Shown: positions 1-7,500, counted from the first letter of the stretch. The stretch: DNA of 14,635 nucleotides from Candidatus Thorarchaeota archaeon (GCA_048882485.1 JBHLRP010000062.1:3367-18001), one strand, 5' to 3'. Translations and numbers: made by a program. The notes: generated by a model not told the origin, from the letters alone.

Positions 1-539
1 GTCATACTCACTTCTGAATCAAGACCTAGTTGGACAAGCCGGCGACAATAATAGAGCGGAGATAAGTCAGCAGATGTGATTTCGTTCTTTGTAAGGGTGA
101 TGTTCCGCATCTTCTTGCATTTACGGAGAGGAGAGAAATCAATATTCTCAAGCTTATTCTCATAGAGATGGAGTGCTTTCAGTTCTCCGCAATAGGCTAG
201 GGGCGCGAGGTCGATCGAACGCAATCTATTGAAGGAGAGATCCAGATGCATCAGACTTACACATCCTTCAAGAAATGACAAATCAATGGTTTCGAATTGA
301 TTTCCGCCAAGGTGGAGCTCGAGCAACGTCGAATTGCCTTGTAGTTTGGAAAGGTCAACAGACTGTATCTCATTGCCAGAAAGAGTAAGCACCTCTAGGT
401 TTTGAAACTGATCAAGTGACGAAAGGTCTGTTGTAGCAATCCGTCTATCACTGAGGCTAATCTCCGTTGTATCTGTATCAAACTGCTCTACAACTTTACC
501 GCCTGTCTTTGTTTCACTCCAAATAGTAATCTCCGTCAT
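1..539 (-). CDS. Leucine-rich repeat protein (24-aa repeats), runs off the left edge
   Basis: Manual translation from ATG 539 is open to base 1: MTEITIWSETKTGGKVVEQFDTDTTEISLSDRRIATTDLSSLDQF then QNLEVLTLSGNEIQSVDLSKLQGN / STLLELHLGGNQFETIDLSFLEGC / VSLMHLDLSFNRLRSIDLAPLAYC / GELKALHLYENKLENIDFSPLRKC / KKMRNITLTKNEITSADLSPLYYC, fitting LxxLxLxxNxL. Absent from the ORF track because there is no stop in the window. Confidence 0.93.
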   Translation of the reverse strand, partial: MTEITIWSETKTGGKVVEQFDTDTTEISLSDRRIATTDLSSLDQFQNLEVLTLSGNEIQSVDLSKLQGNSTLLELHLGGNQFETIDLSFLEGCVSLMHLDLSFNRLRSIDLAPLAYCGELKALHLYENKLENIDFSPLRKCKKMRNITLTKNEITSADLSPLYYCRRLVQLGLDSEVSM

Positions 540-601
540 TTATGACAAATCCTAGAGTTGCGTACGAGTTCTCCACTTAATAACTGCGATTGCAGGCTCA
601 G

Positions 602-1420
602 CTATGGTTTTGGAGGGACCTCAGCCATCATTCGAAGCAATCTGTGATGAAGCTTGTATCCTCGACTATGGCAGAGGTTTGCGAGATCCTCGTTATCTGT
701 AAATGTAAGCCGAATATAGTCATATTCCGGCAAACTATGTTCTTCTAGACCATGAATGAAATCATCAACTCCATCGAGGTTGTCAATCCTAAACGGCATG
801 CATCCTGGGAATGTAGGAGTATAACGGCATGCCCCAACAATATCCGATTCCCTATTCTTCAACACAAGGACTAGGAAGTCTTCCGATTCAAGAAAACGTC
901 TTATCTGTGCGGCAGGAAAGTAGTCATGGTATTTTCGACCAACGAAGTCTATCTCTTCATCGTGAATTGGCTCACACCTATAGTTTCCAGTCGGGGTCAA
1001 GGTCTTGAAAGGAACAAAGTAATGCCAAGTAGTACCAATTATCTCGAAGCCGAATTTCCTGTAGAGGCGCTGAGCATGTTTGTTGTGATCTTGTGTGTAT
1101 AGTATGGCCTGAGTGAGATTCTCATTTCGAAACCAATCCATGGCATATTCCATGAGTATAGTTCCAAACCCCTTGTTCTGCTTAGACTTGGAAACTCCTA
1201 TTCTCCCAAGATGCCCTGCGCCTTCTCCGAACTTGGAGACCACGAGCATTCCTATTAATCGAGTGTCTGATTCCAGAGCAAGGAAGGCACCACGTGAGAT
1301 AGCTCTAGAAAAGGATTCATTGGACATCAAGTCATCCGGGAATAGTTCTGCATCAATGACTTGAAACTCAGGCCAGTCATCCTCTCTGATCAACCTGATC
1401 TTGAATTGGCTCACTGACAT
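602..1420 (-). CDS. GNAT family N-acetyltransferase with additional C-terminal domain
   Basis: Motif A-like IGVSKSKQNKGFGTILM and motif B-like NKHAQRLYRKFGF. Start moved to ATG 1420 (MSVSQF), preceded by GGAGT; the track's TTG 1495 would overlap the upstream small ORF. Confidence 0.88.
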   Translation of the reverse strand: MSVSQFKIRLIREDDWPEFQVIDAELFPDDLMSNESFSRAISRGAFLALESDTRLIGMLVVSKFGEGAGHLGRIGVSKSKQNKGFGTILMEYAMDWFRNENLTQAILYTQDHNKHAQRLYRKFGFEIIGTTWHYFVPFKTLTPTGNYRCEPIHDEEIDFVGRKYHDYFPAAQIRRFLESEDFLVLVLKNRESDIVGACRYTPTFPGCMPFRIDNLDGVDDFIHGLEEHSLPEYDYIRLTFTDNEDLANLCHSRGYKLHHRLLRMMAEVPPKP

Positions 1421-1437
1421 TCTGATTACTCCAATCA

Positions 1438-1551
1438 TCACATGATAATGACAGCTATCATTCCAACCATGAATATTACGAAGACGAAGAAGCAAAGACA
1501 GGTCCTTCTAGCAGATTGTGGATAGTCATTCTCTTCTTCATAGTCGTTCAT
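1438..1551 (-). CDS. 37-aa tail-anchored small membrane protein, MNDYEEENDYPQSARRTCLCFFVFVIFMVGMIAVIIM
   Basis: ATG 1551 is preceded by AGGTG and the TGA lies at 1438-1440. Acidic N-half, RR, then a hydrophobic C-terminal helix. It fills the msrA-GNAT gap on the same strand and ends 17 bp before the GNAT start. Confidence 0.72.
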   Translation of the reverse strand: MNDYEEENDYPQSARRTCLCFFVFVIFMVGMIAVIIM

Positions 1552-1621
1552 GCTACACACCTGAACCCACTCGGTGGATAATACTGCACTTCAGCCTATT
1601 GCCACTCGAAGTGCTGCAAGA

Positions 1622-2149
1622 CTACGAGAGTTTGAGCTTGAATACCTTCTCAAACTTGTCAAGTTTCGGTCGGATTACATATCGACAATACTGCTGGCTT
1701 GGGTTATTCTTGTAGTAATTCTGATGATAATCTTCTGCACGATAGAACTTGGTGAAGGGAACTATCTCAGTAACCACCGGATTCTTCCAATCTCCACTTT
1801 CATTGACTTTCGACTTGAATTGCTCTGCAGCCTTTTTCTGTGCATCATTATGATAGAATATGGCTGAACGATATTGAGTTCCTATATCGTTTCCTTGGCG
1901 ATTGAGAGTTGTAGGATCATGAGTCTCAAAGAACACCTCAAGCAAATCTTCGTATGTTATTTGTTCCGAATCGAATTCTATCTGGCATGCCTCAGCATGA
2001 CCAGTCTTTCCTGTAAGGACATCTTTGTATGTAGGATTGTCAGTGTGTCCGCCTGTATAGCCAGATACAACCGAAGCAACACCTCTGAGTTGCTGGAACA
2101 CGGCCTCAACACACCAAAAGCAACCTGCTGCAAACGTGGCGGTTTCCAT
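1622..2149 (-). CDS. msrA: Peptide-methionine (S)-S-oxide reductase
   Basis: AAGCFWCVE active site, GYTGG, TGHAE, HDPTTLNRQGNDIGTQYRS and AEDYHQNYY motifs, resolving Cys in QYC. Confidence 0.98.
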   Translation of the reverse strand: METATFAAGCFWCVEAVFQQLRGVASVVSGYTGGHTDNPTYKDVLTGKTGHAEACQIEFDSEQITYEDLLEVFFETHDPTTLNRQGNDIGTQYRSAIFYHNDAQKKAAEQFKSKVNESGDWKNPVVTEIVPFTKFYRAEDYHQNYYKNNPSQQYCRYVIRPKLDKFEKVFKLKLS

Positions 2150-2211
2150 GCACTATCTATGTAGCGAATGTAAATCAATAGCTAGGAAGAGGCACAACAC
2201 CTCTCTGCCAG

Positions 2212-2607
2212 TCAACCTAGGTTCCTTAATCTGAACCAGTGTTCAAGGAAGAGAATGCCAAGCAGAAGGTCACCTGCAACGAAAGCAAGTACCAAGATGG
2301 ACGCCTCTCCGATTATGAAGTAGTAGAAGCCCACGACGAATACCATGACTTTCTCGAATATCACAACGGGAATGAATCCTTGGCTGACCTCGAAGTTAAT
2401 GCTGATGACATAGAGAAGCAGTCCCACAACGAATATCAACAGGAAGAAAGAGTCGGCCCATAACAGTGTCGGCGGAGGAGGCACATCGCCTGCGAAGGAG
2501 AAATAGGCAATATCAATTCTAGGCAACACTGCAAAAGAGATTGCCAGTATACAGTTCCAAAACGCAGCTAGTTTGAACAATAGACTGTGATATCGTTCTC
2601 TGTCCAT
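2212..2607 (-). CDS. Hypothetical membrane protein (~4 TM helices)
   Basis: Four hydrophobic segments. Likely start ATG 2607 (MDRER) after AGGTG rather than 2646. Confidence 0.75.
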   Translation of the reverse strand: MDRERYHSLLFKLAAFWNCILAISFAVLPRIDIAYFSFAGDVPPPPTLLWADSFFLLIFVVGLLLYVISINFEVSQGFIPVVIFEKVMVFVVGFYYFIIGEASILVLAFVAGDLLLGILFLEHWFRLRNLG

Positions 2608-2706
2608 GGAATTCACACCTTTGCACCTTCTGCATATGTTGCACATATAACTCCGACGGCACTAACCAAGGAAGCTCCTATATGGAGAGGTATGTTTTGG
2701 TTCAGT

Positions 2707-3861
2707 ATGCGAGTCAAGCCCAATTACTCTGGTAGAGGAATCACAAACCTGATGAGCTCGATTGCATCCGCTGTTGGGACAGAGAGCCCATATCCAAAGA
2801 TATCTGAAAGTTGGTTATCAGGGATAGAAGAATCCAAGAATATAGTTCTGATAGCAGTGGATGGTCTAGGGTACGATTACCTCATGAAGAATGGAAAGGA
2901 CATAGCGCTTGCATCATCAGTGAAAGGTCCGCTTACGTCCGTATTTCCGCCATCGACAGGCTCTGCGATAACGACTTTCATCACAGGATTGCCGCCTCAG
3001 CAACATGCTGTGACAGGTTGGTACGTCTTTCTTAAGGAATATGGGATGATGTCACGCATTCTTCCCTTTACTAGTGTAGTTGACTGGAATGTGCTGGACA
3101 CAGATATCGCCAATGTAGTCAATGTAGAGTCCTTATTCTGGGAGATAGAGCGAGAGCGAATTGTCGTGGCCGGTAAGCAGATAGTTGACTCCACTTTCTC
3201 ACTCTACACTATTGGTCTCTCTGCCAAGAGAATTGCATATGAAGGACTTCAAAGCTTCTTCACTGGTGTGGAAGAGGCTATCTCATCATACGAAAAGGCT
3301 AGCTATATCTACGCATATTGGCCGGAACTTGACTCAATCGCTCACATACTTGGGATTGAGAGTAAGGAAGCACGCGAACATCTTCAGGAGTTTGATCAAG
3401 CCCTGAAAGAGTTCGTTGAGAGGATTGAAGGTACTGATACCACGTTAATAATCACAAGCGATCATGGATTGCATGATGTGAATCCTGATGGTCTTATCCT
3501 GACGGGTGATCATCCGGAATTGGTCGAGTCTCTCACCCTTCCGCTTTGTGGAGATACGCGGTCCGCTTACTGCTATGTACGACCATCCCGAATAAGAAGA
3601 TTCGAAGATTACATTAACTCAGAATTCGAGCACGCGTGCACGGTTCACAAAAGTGAGGATTTGGTCAAAGACAATTGGTTTGGCCTCTACGAGGAAAATC
3701 CTAGGCTATCTGGTCGAGTTGGAGATTATACGTTGATCTTTAATGATGGGTACGCTGTTCTAAATAGCTTCCCAGGACAGGAAGCCCCATCTCTTATAGG
3801 ACATCACGGAGGCACATCCAGCGAGGAGATGAATGTTCCACTCATTGTTATCAACTGTTGA
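2707..3861 (+). CDS. Alkaline phosphatase superfamily protein (nucleotide pyrophosphatase/phosphodiesterase-like)
   Basis: IAVDGLG, TSVFPPST (Thr nucleophile region), YWPELDSIAH, ITSDHG and GHHGG motifs. Start is probably ATG 2707 (MRVKPNYSG) or 2692; the track start overlaps the divergent gene. Confidence 0.92.
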   Translation: MRVKPNYSGRGITNLMSSIASAVGTESPYPKISESWLSGIEESKNIVLIAVDGLGYDYLMKNGKDIALASSVKGPLTSVFPPSTGSAITTFITGLPPQQHAVTGWYVFLKEYGMMSRILPFTSVVDWNVLDTDIANVVNVESLFWEIERERIVVAGKQIVDSTFSLYTIGLSAKRIAYEGLQSFFTGVEEAISSYEKASYIYAYWPELDSIAHILGIESKEAREHLQEFDQALKEFVERIEGTDTTLIITSDHGLHDVNPDGLILTGDHPELVESLTLPLCGDTRSAYCYVRPSRIRRFEDYINSEFEHACTVHKSEDLVKDNWFGLYEENPRLSGRVGDYTLIFNDGYAVLNSFPGQEAPSLIGHHGGTSSEEMNVPLIVINC

Positions 3862-3880
3862 TTCATCTTTTTGTAGGTGC

Positions 3881-3958
3881 TTATAAGGGTCCTAAAGGAC
3901 GGATGTTTGATGTGATGAGCCCGATGTCATGGGGTTGTAGGCTGTCCCTTGTTGACAT
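3881..3958 (-). CDS. Putative 25-aa peptide MSTRDSLQPHDIGLITSNIRPLGPL
   Basis: AGGAGG (3973-3968) lies 9 nt before ATG 3958, TAA at 3881-3883, and TATA-like CTTAAAG at 4002-3996 upstream. Confidence 0.35.
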   Translation of the reverse strand: MSTRDSLQPHDIGLITSNIRPLGPL

Positions 3959-3966
3959 CGGGACTC
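3917..3966. repeat. Inverted repeat/hairpin between convergent genes
   Basis: CCCGATGTCA (3920-3929) and TGACATCGGG (3953-3962) form a perfect 10-bp inverted repeat, extendable by GAG/CTC across a 1-nt bulge. Confidence 0.8.
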
Positions 3967-4055
3967 TCCTCCTAATTCTATGACTCTAGCTTGCACTTTA
4001 AGACGTATTCTTCTCCTGACAGAAAATTCGCCGCCAACGGGCCGGGAATGTCACC

Positions 4056-4949
4056 CTACGAGAAGACCTGCATCTCTTTCGCAGTTTCCATGTTCTTCTT
4101 GACTATATCGAGCTCGGAATCCAGTTCTAGGGCTTTTTGATAGCACTCAACAGCCCGTTTTACATCTCCCTTTTCTCTCAAAGCAACTCCAAGATTATTC
4201 CATCCGCGCGGATCATCAGGCGACAGTTCAGTGTACTTCTCAAGTATTGGTATCGCTTCCTTCCATTCGTCAAGAAACCAAAGAGTAGTTCCATATTTGA
4301 ATAGAATCTCGGGCTGCTTCCTCTTCACTGACAGACTTGACTCGTAGAACTCAGCTGCTCTCTCGTAATTTTGGGCATCATAGCAGAGATTCCCAACTGT
4401 GTTTATTGAACTTAGAGCTCTAGGATTCAAGTCTATAGCAGCGTTAAGGCTTGTACATGCGGCATTGTACCGGCCAAGTTGGGCTTGGCACATTCCTAGC
4501 ATTTCCCATACTTCATAGAGGCCAGGATGGGTTTCTAGAATATAGGAGGTGACAGTGAGCACGCTTTGGCAGTCATCAGCTTGGACAGCAGCCTTAGCCA
4601 TTGCCAAGAGAGTGTCCAGCTCGTTACCCCCAAGCTCAAGATATTTAGTGAGAGTTTCTATTGCCTCCTCATACATCTCTTCAGAGTATTGAAGCATCCC
4701 CGCATTCTCAATCGGTTCAATCCATTCCGGATCGATTTCCATGGCCTTGATGAAACACTCCAATGCTTCTGCAGACTTCTCAGCATCCTGATAGACTAAT
4801 CCCAGAAGATTCCATGCCATCACAAATGATTCGTCCATCTCAATAGCTGCCTTGAGGGATTCTTCTGCAGCGTTGAACTCTCCAAACCTCTGAAAATGCT
4901 CACCACGACGATATAATGACATTGCTTCGTCAGATGGGGCATTTGGCAT
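4056..4949 (-). CDS. Tetratricopeptide repeat protein
   Basis: About 8 34-aa TPR units, e.g. AWNLLGLVYQDAEKSAEALECFIKAMEIDP and GWNNLGVALREKGDVKRAVECYQKALELDS. Start is ATG 4949 or TTG 4976. Confidence 0.93.
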   Translation of the reverse strand: MPNAPSDEAMSLYRRGEHFQRFGEFNAAEESLKAAIEMDESFVMAWNLLGLVYQDAEKSAEALECFIKAMEIDPEWIEPIENAGMLQYSEEMYEEAIETLTKYLELGGNELDTLLAMAKAAVQADDCQSVLTVTSYILETHPGLYEVWEMLGMCQAQLGRYNAACTSLNAAIDLNPRALSSINTVGNLCYDAQNYERAAEFYESSLSVKRKQPEILFKYGTTLWFLDEWKEAIPILEKYTELSPDDPRGWNNLGVALREKGDVKRAVECYQKALELDSELDIVKKNMETAKEMQVFS

Positions 4950-5051
4950 TGTAAACCGCTTCCATTGGGTATCCAATTATGAATTATTCCTTGGAAAACA
5001 AGAGGTCCAGTGTCTTTTGAATCCTTATCGGTCATACTGTGATATTTCATG

Positions 5052-5130
5052 AGAAGAAAAAAGGAGGGGATTGTCCACACATTTGCGACATAGTGGACTC
5101 TCACCCTCAACCGGATTGGTCACGTTGAGG
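5052..5130 (-). terminator. Two 3' stem-loops followed by a pyrimidine/oligo-T tract
   Basis: CCTCAAC/GTTGAGG (5105-5111/5124-5130) and GTCCAC/GTGGAC (5073-5078/5093-5098), then TCCCCTCCTTTTTTCTTCT on the minus strand. Confidence 0.6.
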
Positions 5131-5131
5131 A

Positions 5132-5302
5132 TCATGCTATATAGTACCTCCAGAACGTTTCCAATTCTGATATATCTACACCATGCTCTTGTGTTTCGTT
5201 CTTCTCTTTGGAGGCATCCTTCTTGTCAACATCCTCTCCGTCAGAGGACAGGCAATTTGGATGCTGGTTTTTTATTGCTGTCTTGTCAGTTTCTTTTGCC
5301 AC
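5132..5302 (-). CDS. 56-aa charged, probably disordered small protein with aromatic C-terminus (..DISELETFWRYYIA)
   Basis: GAGGTGG SD-like motif just before GTG 5302 (alternative ATG 5344, 70 aa). Protein-like D/E/K composition, followed by a terminator-like element. Confidence 0.7.
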   Translation of the reverse strand: MAKETDKTAIKNQHPNCLSSDGEDVDKKDASKEKNETQEHGVDISELETFWRYYIA

Positions 5303-5600
5303 AATCTCCACCTCTAGAGAGAGACTGCCTTTATTGCAGTCCATGTGTTGCAGGATGACTAAGCAAGTCTGCTTGGATAGACTTGGTCATCCGGATTCCT
5401 TGTCGTTGCTGACTCACTTCATGTCAATCATTGATATCTGACTGAAGTGATGATAGATGATAGGGGTCGAAGCGGGAACTCAGAATGATTTTCATTCGTA
5501 TGGAATGGGCATCACATCACACTGTAAACTAGGTCCACGCACAATTTAGCTGACCTCCTCGACCTGACTATCATGCTAGTTGATAGAAGTCATCTTTAGT
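5303..5600 (-). ncRNA. Candidate structured 5' leader or ncRNA of unknown class
   Basis: Several 13-15 bp interrupted stems (see findings). Two mismatches resolve as G-U pairs on the minus strand. Confidence 0.45.
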
Positions 5601-5623
5601 GACGTGAGTTTCTACAGAAGCAG

Positions 5624-5637
5624 TATTATACCTTTCC
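5624..5637 (-). promoter_or_regulatory. Putative archaeal BRE/TATA (GGAAAGG-TATAATA)
   Basis: Purine-rich run directly followed by TATAATA on the minus strand. It would place a transcription start near 5600. Confidence 0.45.
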
Positions 5638-5699
5638 AACTACGCCATGTGAAAATGCACATAAGCGCCGCTTTGAACATGAAAAGACGGAGAGGACAG

Positions 5700-6167
5700 A
5701 TGACAAAGACAATCATTATCTATGAAAGCGTCTATGGAAACACAAAGAAGGTGGCAGATGCAATAGCAGAGGGCATTAGAGAGTCGGGTGAGATTGATTG
5801 TATCATTGCCAAGACTGGAGAGGTACATCATACCGATGACCTGGCAAAATATGATGCTGTCATTTTCGGTAGCCCCAATCACAATCAGGACCCATCACGT
5901 AACATGCTGAAGTTCATTGAACGAGCAGGTATTGTGGACCTTGATACCAAAATCGGCGCGGCATTTGATACTTACACTGGCGGAAACAAGGGAATTGCTG
6001 TGAAGAAAATGGAGCAGGTAATTCGCCAAAAAATGGCTTGTATCACATTTGTCATTGATGGCTTTTCAGCCAAGGTGGAGGGCAGAAAAGGCCCCTTAGC
6101 AGAAGGAGAGATTGACAGGGCTATTGAATTCGGGAAACAAGTGGCAGCCAAGATTCAGGGCAAGTGA
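5700..6167 (+). CDS. Flavodoxin family protein
   Basis: FMN phosphate loop IYESVYGNTKKVA, GSPNH and AAFDTY. ATG 5700 follows GGAGAGG. Confidence 0.93.
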   Translation: MTKTIIIYESVYGNTKKVADAIAEGIRESGEIDCIIAKTGEVHHTDDLAKYDAVIFGSPNHNQDPSRNMLKFIERAGIVDLDTKIGAAFDTYTGGNKGIAVKKMEQVIRQKMACITFVIDGFSAKVEGRKGPLAEGEIDRAIEFGKQVAAKIQGK

Positions 6168-6182
6168 TGAATTGGTCCATTA

Positions 6183-7373
6183 TCAAATCTCATATCGGTC
6201 AGGAGCACTTGATAATGAACTGTTACCAGAACTTGTGATGGCGAACGTGTCTTCGATTCCTAAGACTTCACGGCCAGGCGTGATGATTTTTGGCTCACAT
6301 GCAAGAATATTGCCTTGCTCCAAATCAGGACCTCTGGAGTAGAACACGGGCAACTCATCCAACTCAAGTCCAACTCCATGACCAATGAAAGATACTTTGT
6401 TGTCGTCTACGCCCATGAAATTGTCCTGAATTCCGAGCTCGATGCTGAGTTCAATCACTTCGCCATAGAGAACTCCTAGATTGACTCCTGGTTTCATTTT
6501 CATGAGAAGGAGGCTCTTAACCTCTGACAGACTGTCAAGCTTAGCACTTAGATTGTCATCGAACTTGCCGCAGATGAAAGTGCGAGTCGTATCAGAATGG
6601 TATCCTCTCATATTTCCGCATGAATCAACGAGAAATGGTTGATTTCTGCCAAGCTTCTGACGTGTTGGTCCTAGCGGATATTTCAACGAGAGTCCAACTC
6701 CAGATACTGGTGTGAAGAAGGTGTTCAGTGTGGAGCCTCCACTGGAAACAACATAGGAATAGATCAGCATTTCAGATGTGAAGGAACGTGTTGTGATAAA
6801 GCCGGCATGTCCATTCTCCACCATATAGGCATCGAGACGCATTGATAATTCAATTTCAGTCATTTCAGGAGCAGCTATCTCTGTACAGTACTCGTAAGAT
6901 TGGTCGACAATTTTCGCTGCTCCTTCAAGCAGTTCGATTTCATAGTCTGATTTCCTAGCACGTATCCCTCTAAACAAATCACTGCCGTCAGAGAGCGTAA
7001 TCCCATCCGCTCTTGATTGAAGGAAGGTCATCAATGAATAGGGTACTACATCCGCCTCCATCCCTATCGTGGTACCAGACGGTACATTGAGTGTCTGGAA
7101 TAATTGTGACATACGACCCATTGGCTTGATTTCAGGTATCAACGAGTATGACTCGACCAAGTCCATGTTACGCTCAACCAAACGAATTGGCTCACCCTCA
7201 ACTGGTATGTAGACGACACCACCAGTACCAATTCCTGAGTAGTAGTATAATTCAACGGTAGTAATCAAGAGCGCACCATCAAGCTCAGCACTCCTTAGGT
7301 GGTCCTTGAGTCTAGAAAGACGGCTATCGATCTCCTCTTGTGGTAGTCTGGAATATACCTCTGACATAGTCAT
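6183..7373 (-). CDS. Xaa-Pro peptidase family protein (M24B) with creatinase-type N-domain
   Basis: Metal ligands in VDSCG, YHSDTTRT, IGHGVG, ACEPK and GIEDT; IRARKSDYEIE linker. Confidence 0.93.
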   Translation of the reverse strand: MTMSEVYSRLPQEEIDSRLSRLKDHLRSAELDGALLITTVELYYYSGIGTGGVVYIPVEGEPIRLVERNMDLVESYSLIPEIKPMGRMSQLFQTLNVPSGTTIGMEADVVPYSLMTFLQSRADGITLSDGSDLFRGIRARKSDYEIELLEGAAKIVDQSYEYCTEIAAPEMTEIELSMRLDAYMVENGHAGFITTRSFTSEMLIYSYVVSSGGSTLNTFFTPVSGVGLSLKYPLGPTRQKLGRNQPFLVDSCGNMRGYHSDTTRTFICGKFDDNLSAKLDSLSEVKSLLLMKMKPGVNLGVLYGEVIELSIELGIQDNFMGVDDNKVSFIGHGVGLELDELPVFYSRGPDLEQGNILACEPKIITPGREVLGIEDTFAITSSGNSSLSSAPDRYEI

Positions 7374-7459
7374 CAGTCATTCATAGCACAATATGACTCC
7401 TCCGCCAGTGACACAAATAGAAGAAGAAACGGACTTAATAGGGGAATTGGGCAAGTGTA

Positions 7460-7500
7460 TGAATATAATAGACCACCGTATAATATATTAAGATATACTA
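7460..7500. promoter_or_regulatory. AT-rich divergent promoter region
   Basis: TATAATA at 7464-7470 and 7479-7485 and a perfect palindrome TAATATATTA at 7481-7490, between divergent genes. Confidence 0.5.

Noticed and set aside
2239-2463. Acidic 74-aa plus-strand ORF and other shadow ORFs in the track
   Set aside because: They are antisense or out-of-frame shadows of well-supported genes; hydrophobic codons read as charged residues on the opposite strand.
3912-3966. SECIS-like or C/D-box RNA (GTGATGA, AUGA...GA around the hairpin)
   Set aside because: The GA/GA quartet does not register with the stem, there is no apical AA, no suitably spaced CUGA box, and no adjacent selenoprotein candidate.
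4820-5431. Minus-strand frame interrupted only by TGA codons (possible Sec readthrough extending the 56-aa ORF)
   Set aside because: The extensions are not protein-like, run through the terminator and overlap the TPR gene out of frame; no redox motif surrounds the TGAs.
5460-5700. FMN riboswitch upstream of flavodoxin
   Set aside because: Conserved RFN-element segments were not found, and the stems favour the opposite strand.
6340-6385. GLELDE instead of GLxVHE in the M24 peptidase
   Set aside because: All five metal ligands are intact, and I recall this variant in other M24B members, so it is not evidence of novelty.
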